From the IMG/VR virus record IMGVR_UViG_2880350357_000003, positions 1-64,000 of that record: a DNA stretch of 64,000 bases; one strand, written 5' to 3'. The DNA comes from an uncultured virus (IMG/VR IMGVR_UViG_2880350357_000003) (taxonomy: Duplodnaviria > Heunggongvirae > Uroviricota > Caudoviricetes). The translations under genes were made by a program, and so were the position numbers. Below the pieces are notes generated by a model. It saw only the letters and a program-made list of their open reading frames with translations. It had not been told where the DNA came from and did not search any database. Positions 56,644 to 64,000 of this stretch are shown piece after piece (positions within the stretch are counted from its first letter, which is position 1; every line of letters starts with the position of its first letter).

Positions 56644-57824
56644 CGGAAAAGCCACAGGTTGACTTTGAAGAGGTGGTGAAAGCCAGCGGTATGCCGGTGA
56701 CGGAAGCAGAGATTCGCGATCGCTTTAATGCCATTGCGACGGAGGAGGGAATTATCACGAACACCTCCCGTATGTCTCCGTTCTGGCGACTGGTCACGGC
56801 CATTGTAACCGCGCCGGTGATGTGGCTGAAGGCGGTTCTGATCTCCACCGTACTGGCAAATATGTTTGTGGCCACGGCCAGTGGAAGCATGTTACGGCTG
56901 CTGGCATGGGCGGTGAATATCACGCCGAAGCCCGCCAGCGCTGCACAGGGCGTTATCCGTTTTTACAAGGAAGACGCCAGCGCCGTGGTGACGGTGAAGG
57001 CCGGAACGGTGATACAGACAGAACGTATTAACGGCAGGGTGTATGAACTGGCCATCACGGAAGATGTGGTGATTGCCTCCGGTACCGCCAGCGCACTGCT
57101 GCCGGTAAAGGCAACGGGAACGGGCGGCGCATATAACCTTGCGCCGGGATATTACCGCATTCTGCCGGTGGCCGTGGACGGCATCAGCCATGTGGCCAGT
57201 GAAGAGAACTGGCTGACCGTACCGGGCGCGGATGAGGAAAGCGATGATGAACTGCGTGAGCGTTGCCGTAACCAGTTTAACCTGGTGGGCAACTACCACA
57301 CGGACGCGGTGTACCGGTCGATGATTGCTGGTGTTGCCGGACTGAGCATTGACCGGATTTTCTTTGAGCACGAAGCACCGAGAGGACCGGGAACGGCCAA
57401 CGCCTATTTATTGCTGGACAGCGGCGTGGCTTCTGCGCCGTTTGTGGATGCCGTGAATGACTATATCAACACGCAGGGGCATCACGGCCACGGGGACGAT
57501 ATGCAGTGTTATGCCATGCCGGAAACCCTGCACGATCTGGCGGTCACTGTCTGGGTCAGGAACCTGAACAACATCAGTGATGATGAACAGAAGCGCCTGA
57601 AGGACGGTATTGAAAACCTGATCCGGTGCGCCTTCCGGGAGAATACGGACTATGACGTCAGAAGGACGTGGCCGTATTCGCGGTTCTCCTTCTCGCAGCT
57701 GGGGCGCGAAATCCATAAAAATTTTCCGGTGACGGAATCGCTGAATTTTTCGCTGGATGACATTGCCAGTGAGCTGAATGTGCCGCGCCTGAAATCGCTT
57801 GTGGTGAGTATTGAGAATGAATGA
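56640..57824 (+). CDS. Baseplate J-like protein
   Basis: SPFWRL, GADEESDDELRER, PRGPGTAN. Confidence 0.9.
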   Translation: MTEKPQVDFEEVVKASGMPVTEAEIRDRFNAIATEEGIITNTSRMSPFWRLVTAIVTAPVMWLKAVLISTVLANMFVATASGSMLRLLAWAVNITPKPASAAQGVIRFYKEDASAVVTVKAGTVIQTERINGRVYELAITEDVVIASGTASALLPVKATGTGGAYNLAPGYYRILPVAVDGISHVASEENWLTVPGADEESDDELRERCRNQFNLVGNYHTDAVYRSMIAGVAGLSIDRIFFEHEAPRGPGTANAYLLLDSGVASAPFVDAVNDYINTQGHHGHGDDMQCYAMPETLHDLAVTVWVRNLNNISDDEQKRLKDGIENLIRCAFRENTDYDVRRTWPYSRFSFSQLGREIHKNFPVTESLNFSLDDIASELNVPRLKSLVVSIENE

Positions 57825-58404
57825 GTTCATGAAAAAACTGGCCGGAATGGTACTTCCCTCCTGGATGGACAGGGGCGAGCCGCGAAAACTGCTGCAAACG
57901 GCGCGGCGATTCTGGGCGGAGGTGTACGGCTGGGTGACGTGGCCACTGAACCAGTTTGATCCGCTGACCTGTACACCGGCGTTACTTAACCTGCTGGCGT
58001 ATGACCGGGACATTTCCCGCTTTGACGGGGAGCCGCTGGAACTGTTCCGCAGGCGTGTGGCGTATGCCTTCGTGAATGCGCGTGACGCCGGTTCTGTTGA
58101 GGGATTTATCAGTATCTTTGAACGGCTGGGGATCGGGTACGTTGAACTGATGGAGCGTCAGCCGGGAATTGACTGGGATGTGATTCAGGTTCGCGTCACG
58201 GACAGCCAGATTGCGACTAACACGCAGCTGATGATCCAGATTATCCGGCAGTACGGGCGGACATGCCGCCGTTACCAGTTTGAAGTGATCACGTCCGAAC
58301 GGCTGACTATCCGGGCGGGATGGGATCAGGGGGAATATGTGGTTTATCCGGCAGCACTGAGCGGTACGGAAACCAGCAGCGCGACGTACAGCGCAGGGTT
58401 ATAA
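57817..58404 (+). CDS. Tail/baseplate protein (gpI-like)
   Basis: DPLTC..LLNLLAYDRDI.RF.GEP..LFR.RV.YA..NA.DAGS. Confidence 0.85.
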   Translation: MNEFMKKLAGMVLPSWMDRGEPRKLLQTARRFWAEVYGWVTWPLNQFDPLTCTPALLNLLAYDRDISRFDGEPLELFRRRVAYAFVNARDAGSVEGFISIFERLGIGYVELMERQPGIDWDVIQVRVTDSQIATNTQLMIQIIRQYGRTCRRYQFEVITSERLTIRAGWDQGEYVVYPAALSGTETSSATYSAGL

Positions 58405-58413
58405 GGGGATTAT

Positions 58414-60582
58414 ATGTCACAGACAACAATTACACTGGCATTTGAGCAGTGGAAAGCGCAACAGGGTGCCACGGGGGAGCCTGTCCTGCTGGATGAATTT
58501 GTGTTCGCTAACGTACCGGGACTTGATCCGGATCAGCCGGTTGACCGCAATGAAACCCTGCCACCGGCTGAACAGATTGTTCACCGGCAGGCCGTCAGCC
58601 GTAAGGGTGTGGTGAATGACAACGCCGTGGTACATTCCGTCGTACTGGGGGCGGACGTGGGGGATTTTTCCTTTAACTGGATTGGTCTGATTAATAAATC
58701 CAGCGGTACGCTGGCAATGATTGTTCATGCTCCCGTTCAGCAGAAGCTGAAAACGGCGGAGGGACAGCAGGGTAACGTGCTTACGCGCTCGTTTCTGATG
58801 GAATATAACGGCGCACAGGCTGAAACCGGAATTAATACGCCTGCTGAGACCTGGCAGATTGACTTTACCGCGCGTATGGCCGGAATGGACGAGCGCCAGC
58901 GCCTGGAAAATATCGACATCTTCGGGGCGGCGGCGTTTTTTGGTGACGGCTATCTGGTCGGGAAAAGCGGGAATCAGTTTTATGTGACCAAAGGTACCGG
59001 CTATGTGGCAGGACTGCGCACACCGCTTGCAGAAAACCTGAATATTACCGTGACAACCAGGCCGGTCAAAGTCTGGCTGGATGTATGCTGGACAGGAACG
59101 CTTACCAGCGTGTGGGGTGTGCAGTCCCGTATTACGGTTGCTGACAACCTGGCGGATTATGTGCAGAACGGCATACAGCATTATGTGTTTGCGGTGGCGG
59201 GTATTGATGAAAACGGCAATATTACGGATTTACGCCCGAAAGGGACGCTGAATGAGCAGCAGGCCAGCGATGCGCTGAGAAAACATGCGCAATCCCGTAA
59301 TCATCCGGACGCCACAACCCGCGAAAAAGGGTTTGTGCAGTTAAGCAGTGATACGAACAGCGATTCGGAGACGCTGGCCGCAACGCCGAAAGCGGTTAAA
59401 GCGACTATGGATAATGCGAACGGGCGGCTGGCGAAAAACAGTAATGGCGGCGATATCCCTGACAAGATTTTGTTTGCGCGTCGTATAGCTGCGGCGCTGG
59501 CCTACAGCTCAGAAATTGACATTGGTGGAGACAGTAATCCCTGGACGACAGCGGAGTTTATTACCTGGCTGGAGCACCAGGGGGCATTTAATCATCCCTA
59601 CTGGATGTGTAAGGGGTCATGGAGTTATTCCACTAACAAAGTTATAGCGGATACCGGCTGTGGCAATATCTGTCTTGCTGGTTCTGTTGTGGAGGTTATG
59701 GGGAAGCGTGGCGCGATGACTATTCGGGTGACAACGCCGACCACAACGTCAGGTGGCGGGGTTGCCAGCGCTCAGTTTACCTATATCAATCACGGTGATG
59801 GATATGCTCCGGGATGGCGACGTGATTACAACACCGTAAATAAACCTACTGCCGGTGATGTGGGTGCATTGCCGGTTACCGGTGGGCGACTAAATGGCCC
59901 GTTAGGCATTGGTACTGACAATGCGCTGGGTGGCAATTCGATTGTGCTCGGTGATAACGATACCGGGTTTAAACAGGATGGCGACGGCGTTCTGAGTATT
60001 TATGCCAATAATGCCCGGGTCGGTTATATCGACAATGCCGGGTTGCATATGCTGGCAGATATTTTCGCTGCGGGGGTAGTACGCGCAGGTAGCGAAAAAA
60101 AGATTTCACTGAAGAGCAATAACAACTCAGCACTGACTGCCACGTTCAATTTATGGGGCGACGGAGGAAACCGCCCAACGGTTATTGAACTGGACGACGA
60201 CCAGGGGTGGCACCTGTACAGCCAGCGAAATCCTGATGGTTCGATTGTCTTTACGGTCAATGGAGATATCACCGCCAACACACTTCGTGCAGGTGGAGCC
60301 ATCTACGCCAGTAACGGTGACGTATCAGGCACTGTGTGGGGTGGAGGTAATACCGCCTGGTTGAGCGGCTACCTCTACTCGAATATGGTCAAAGCGGTCA
60401 GACTTGGCCCGCAGGCGCTTTCCGGCGGTTTATGGCGCGATTATCAACTGGGAGGCGGTAATGTTGTCACAGGGTTCCATACTGACGGTGACTGGGAAAT
60501 GCAGGGAGGAGATGACCAGGTCTATTACCGCCCGGTTCAGTATCTTGTTGGCAGCACATGGATAACGGCGGCGAGCGTGTAA
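58414..60582 (+). CDS. Tail fibre protein
   Basis: HP1-type N-terminus, one fibre repeat, C-terminal tip similar to prophage 1 gpH. Confidence 0.93.
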   Translation: MSQTTITLAFEQWKAQQGATGEPVLLDEFVFANVPGLDPDQPVDRNETLPPAEQIVHRQAVSRKGVVNDNAVVHSVVLGADVGDFSFNWIGLINKSSGTLAMIVHAPVQQKLKTAEGQQGNVLTRSFLMEYNGAQAETGINTPAETWQIDFTARMAGMDERQRLENIDIFGAAAFFGDGYLVGKSGNQFYVTKGTGYVAGLRTPLAENLNITVTTRPVKVWLDVCWTGTLTSVWGVQSRITVADNLADYVQNGIQHYVFAVAGIDENGNITDLRPKGTLNEQQASDALRKHAQSRNHPDATTREKGFVQLSSDTNSDSETLAATPKAVKATMDNANGRLAKNSNGGDIPDKILFARRIAAALAYSSEIDIGGDSNPWTTAEFITWLEHQGAFNHPYWMCKGSWSYSTNKVIADTGCGNICLAGSVVEVMGKRGAMTIRVTTPTTTSGGGVASAQFTYINHGDGYAPGWRRDYNTVNKPTAGDVGALPVTGGRLNGPLGIGTDNALGGNSIVLGDNDTGFKQDGDGVLSIYANNARVGYIDNAGLHMLADIFAAGVVRAGSEKKISLKSNNNSALTATFNLWGDGGNRPTVIELDDDQGWHLYSQRNPDGSIVFTVNGDITANTLRAGGAIYASNGDVSGTVWGGGNTAWLSGYLYSNMVKAVRLGPQALSGGLWRDYQLGGGNVVTGFHTDGDWEMQGGDDQVYYRPVQYLVGSTWITAASV

Positions 60583-60593
60583 GGAGGACAACC

Positions 60594-61109
60594 ATGCAGA
60601 ATATAAAACACTTCACACCTTATAAACCGGAATCACCGGCATTTCCCGGTGCGGCATATCTGAAATCAGAGGATGGTCAGGACTGGTACGAATGCCAGAA
60701 ACAGTTTGCAGACGACACGCTGAAGTTTACTTACGACGACAACGGCGTCATCACCTGTATTACGCGGGATGTTTCGGGGTTATGGCCGTACCATCTCAGC
60801 GTGGCGGAAGTTCCTGACAGCGATGAAAACCGCCGGGCTGATATTTCAGGCGGCTGGCAGTTTAAAGACGGTAAAGTCGTTCAACGGGTTTATTCGCCGG
60901 AAGAGCTGCGTAAAAAGGCGGAGGCTGAAAAAGTTCGCCGCCTGGCTGAGGCTGAATCAGCCATTGCACCACTGGCGCGGGCAGTAAAACTAAAAATTGC
61001 CACAGATGAGGAGATTAAACGGCTGGAAAAATGGGAACTCTACAGCGTAATGGTTAACCGTGTGGATACAGCTTCCCCTGACTGGCCGGAGGTGCCGGAT
61101 GTGGCGTGA
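60594..61109 (+). CDS. Tail fibre assembly protein
   Basis: Near-identical C-half to 6510-7058; AGGAGG RBS. Confidence 0.92.
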   Translation: MQNIKHFTPYKPESPAFPGAAYLKSEDGQDWYECQKQFADDTLKFTYDDNGVITCITRDVSGLWPYHLSVAEVPDSDENRRADISGGWQFKDGKVVQRVYSPEELRKKAEAEKVRRLAEAESAIAPLARAVKLKIATDEEIKRLEKWELYSVMVNRVDTASPDWPEVPDVA

Positions 61110-61824
61110 AGCGCGTCTGGCTTTTACGGATTCACTGGCTGCGCTGGATTGTTCCGTCGTTCCGGCGCATCCGTGGATTCACGGTCTGGGGCAACAGACA
61201 GATAACGGGGCATACCTGAGTCCGGTCAACGCAATCCATTATCTGGCGGAAAGGCTGGCCGGAACGGGAGGCAATACCGATGTGGTGATCATGATGGTAA
61301 CGGGACAGACCCATGAAAACTTCATGAAGGGGCTTAACAGCCTGGTGGATGTTTTCCCCGCGCCCGCATTCACCCAGGTCAGACGTCTGGCTGAGTCTGC
61401 GGCGACACTGGCTACTGAGAAAATGCAGATCCCCGCGAAAGCCGGGGCAGGACTGCCGGTTGCCATTCCGCTGTCCGTTCCGACCAGCAGGGCAGCGTTA
61501 TCCGCTGCCGCTGTCAGTGAGGCGCAGAAAGCGGCTGGCGCCGGATTCAGCCTGGTCGGGATGAAACAACAGCTGGGGGAGTTTACGCAACTGCGTGACA
61601 GCCTGATTAACGATGTGGCCAGCGGCCTCGCTGATTTACAGGGGAAAAGCGCCAGGGCATGGGTATTTACGGCCAGTGGCGACACCGCCGCCACCCTGCT
61701 GGCGCTGGTACAGGACATTCCGCAGCCTTCAGCCGTTTATACTGCGGCAATCATGCTGGCCGGGAAAAATCTTGATGGAATAAGGAGCATGATTCATGAC
61801 GTCGATCCCGACACTGGCGCTTAA
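61099..61824 (+). CDS. Conserved HP1-type tail-region protein
   Basis: HPW..G.GQ....G.YLSP.NAI..LA; position after tfa. Confidence 0.65.
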   Translation: MWREARLAFTDSLAALDCSVVPAHPWIHGLGQQTDNGAYLSPVNAIHYLAERLAGTGGNTDVVIMMVTGQTHENFMKGLNSLVDVFPAPAFTQVRRLAESAATLATEKMQIPAKAGAGLPVAIPLSVPTSRAALSAAAVSEAQKAAGAGFSLVGMKQQLGEFTQLRDSLINDVASGLADLQGKSARAWVFTASGDTAATLLALVQDIPQPSAVYTAAIMLAGKNLDGIRSMIHDVDPDTGA

Positions 61825-62341
61825 TGGTGAGGCCATACTGCTGAAAAACATGCGCGTGACCGTTTCCCAGCAGTTTCAGGATAAAGACCAGTCCGGTCAG
61901 ACCAGCGCGACCACTAAATCAGAGCAGGGGGCAAAGGGCAAAGAGCTGCGTATCAGCGGCGAAATACCCTTTAAAAACCCGGAGATCCTGAAGCGTATTT
62001 TTGAACTGGCCAGCGCCACCGATGCAGACGGGAAACGCACGAAATACCGCGTTGCGCATGAGGTGGCCAGAGCGGTGAATTTTCGTGAGGCCACCTTCAG
62101 CGGAATGCTGGATGCACCGCAGCAGGACGGGAAAATGGCCTGGCTGGTCACGTTCACCCTGGCGGAACATGTCAGCGTACAGGAGAAGCGGGAAGCCAGG
62201 GCAACCGGTAAAACAACGGCAAAAAAACAGACGGCCAGCAGTACGGGACAATCCGGTGGCCAGAGTGCCGGAGAGGATGAAGAAAAACTGACGTGGTTTG
62301 AACGCAGGGTGCTGAAGCCCGTCAATGATGCTTTAGGTTAA
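61796..62341 (+). CDS. HP1-type baseplate-region protein
   Basis: DQSGQTSAT.KSEQG.K.KEL.ISG, W.V.FTL.E. Confidence 0.7.
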   Translation: MTSIPTLALNGEAILLKNMRVTVSQQFQDKDQSGQTSATTKSEQGAKGKELRISGEIPFKNPEILKRIFELASATDADGKRTKYRVAHEVARAVNFREATFSGMLDAPQQDGKMAWLVTFTLAEHVSVQEKREARATGKTTAKKQTASSTGQSGGQSAGEDEEKLTWFERRVLKPVNDALG

Positions 62342-64000
62342 TGATGAAACCAGTAAAACGCCTTTACCTTTCAACGGATGAAATACACCTGGCTGACGCC
62401 AGTCTGGTGCTGGAGCTGAACAGCTGTGGACGTGGCTTTATTACGGCACAGACGACCACAGACTACACAGGCAAACTGGTACGGCTGGATGTGGGGTATT
62501 CCGGTTTACTTCTGCGCTGGTTTACCGGCTATGTGGAGCGCTCACAGCCTGCCGAAAACGGTTATCAGCGTCTGTTCGTCCGCGAGCTGGCTGGCGTATT
62601 TGAGCGGATGTGGCCATGCTCATTCCAGCATCCAACACTGCGCGATGTGGCCGGATGGCTGGAGGAAAACAGCGGGATCAGCATTGCGGTACCGGATGTG
62701 CCGTACAGTGATAAACCGATCCCCCATTTCACCCATAACGGGACGGGATACCAGCTGCTGAATAATCTGGGCAGGGCATTCAGTATCACGGATTACATCT
62801 GGTATCCATTGCCGGATGGTTCGTTGTATGTCGGCGGCGCAGAAAAGGCGCTGTTTGCCGGACGCCCGGTGGAAATCCCGGCAGAGTTCAGCCAGGGAAC
62901 GGCGGGCGGTAATTCCATGACATTGCCGGTGATCCAGAGTCTTCGTCCGGGCGTGGACGTGAACGGGGAACGCGTGACCAAAGTTCATCTGACTAATGAC
63001 ACAATGACCATCACGTGGACACCACGGAACCGCGCCACAGGTCAGCCATTGCAGAAAACACCGGCGCAGCGCCAGATAGAAAGCCATTACCCGGAACTGG
63101 CTTCAGGTCTTCACCTGCCCAAACTGGCCAGGGTGGTGGCACCCAGCGAGGCCGTAAAAAGCGGTAATTTTGCCGACCCGTTCCGGCCACGGTACGCTGT
63201 TGACGTGCAGCTGCTTGACGCGGACGGCAACCCGGACAACCAGACGCCGGTATATTCCGCCGTACCGCTGCCGGTGCCAATGGCCGGTAACGATTCAGGA
63301 ATGTTCCAGTTTCCACCGGAAGGAACGCTGGTAGAAGTGGCGTTTACGGGCGGCAGACCGGACAAGCCCTTTATCAGGCAGACGCTGCCGGATGGCACCA
63401 GTCTGCCGGACATTAAGCCCGGCGAACAGCTGCAACAGCAGCGAGCGGAAGTCTCGCAACGCGTGACACAGGCAGGAGACTGGGTACGCCAGACGGATCA
63501 GACCATCAGTGAAACATCGATGGCGCGGACGGTGAAAGCCGACACGGAACGACGAGAACTGGTCAGCCGTGAAACCACGGTGAAAGCCACGGATAAAATC
63601 ACAGTACTGGGGACCGCCACGCTGATGGCCGGAGCCATACAGCAGGTCAGTGCTGGCGACTTCAGCCAGGCGGTAAAAGGAAACCGGCTGGCCAGTATTA
63701 CAGGAAATGAAGAAACCGAAATCGCCGGGCAGCTGTCCACGAAAGTGGCCGGCGCCATGAATGTTGATGTGGGGGGAACCCTGACAGAAAAGATTGCCGC
63801 ATTACGTAAATCTGTGGCGGCGGGCGGTCAGCAAATTATGGGGCCAACCGTGCATATCGGTAGCGAGGGCGTAAATACGCTAACCATGATGCTGGACACC
63901 ATTGATTTACTGGCAGAGCTGGCGCAGCAGTGCGCGAGCCATTCGCACCCCAGTGTTGGTACGCCGACCAATGCCGGAGCATTCAACCAGACGGCAGCGA
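62341..64000 (+). CDS. HP1-type baseplate hub/spike-like protein, truncated by window end
   Basis: Frame MMKPVKRLYL..LELNSCGRGFIT..FADPFRPRYAVDVQLL; absent from the ORF track, consistent with no stop inside the window. Confidence 0.75.
   Translation, partial: MMKPVKRLYLSTDEIHLADASLVLELNSCGRGFITAQTTTDYTGKLVRLDVGYSGLLLRWFTGYVERSQPAENGYQRLFVRELAGVFERMWPCSFQHPTLRDVAGWLEENSGISIAVPDVPYSDKPIPHFTHNGTGYQLLNNLGRAFSITDYIWYPLPDGSLYVGGAEKALFAGRPVEIPAEFSQGTAGGNSMTLPVIQSLRPGVDVNGERVTKVHLTNDTMTITWTPRNRATGQPLQKTPAQRQIESHYPELASGLHLPKLARVVAPSEAVKSGNFADPFRPRYAVDVQLLDADGNPDNQTPVYSAVPLPVPMAGNDSGMFQFPPEGTLVEVAFTGGRPDKPFIRQTLPDGTSLPDIKPGEQLQQQRAEVSQRVTQAGDWVRQTDQTISETSMARTVKADTERRELVSRETTVKATDKITVLGTATLMAGAIQQVSAGDFSQAVKGNRLASITGNEETEIAGQLSTKVAGAMNVDVGGTLTEKIAALRKSVAAGGQQIMGPTVHIGSEGVNTLTMMLDTIDLLAELAQQCASHSHPSVGTPTNAGAFNQTAA

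Larger units (their letters stand above)
37727..64000. mobile_element. P2-family prophage 2 (HP1/K139-like morphogenesis, primase replication); right end outside window
   Basis: int-C-cox-primase-ogr-portal-terminase / scaffold-capsid-tail-lysis-baseplate-fibre. Confidence 0.95.

Noticed and set aside
58414..61109. Diversity-generating retroelement acting on the fibre
   Set aside because: No reverse transcriptase, and differences between the homologous tracts are not adenine-specific.

Overview
Salmonella-type chromosomal window in which a ~7 kb core segment (yfiN-yfiR-aroF-tyrA-SMP30-like-pheA-pheL, 31.0-37.7 kb) lies between two unrelated P2-family prophages whose integrases both face the core. 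Prophage 1 (1-~30.9 kb; its left end is outside the window) is 186/PsP3-like. It has gpA rolling-circle replication, a 186-type cos and a LexA-controlled tum operon, and appears to be integrated in the last codons of rplS. Prophage 2 (~37.75 kb to beyond 64 kb) has HP1/K139-type head and tail genes but a toprim primase-helicase instead of gpA, and appears to be integrated in the terminator just upstream of the phe promoter. The most unusual observations are: (i) a diverged, ATPase-only second copy of the large terminase, translationally coupled between terminase and portal; (ii) a membrane-anchored WYL-domain protein in the cI-int lysogeny operon; (iii) small genes in the SOS/tum hotspot delimited by two 71-bp structured direct repeats, each starting right after a stop codon; (iv) a tandem two-HTH CI repressor; (v) a catalytically degenerate DEDD nuclease next to a ParE-like small protein; (vi) near-identical tail-fibre/tfa tracts shared in inverted orientation by the two prophages. 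All family assignments come from motif recognition and gene order; no database searches were run.
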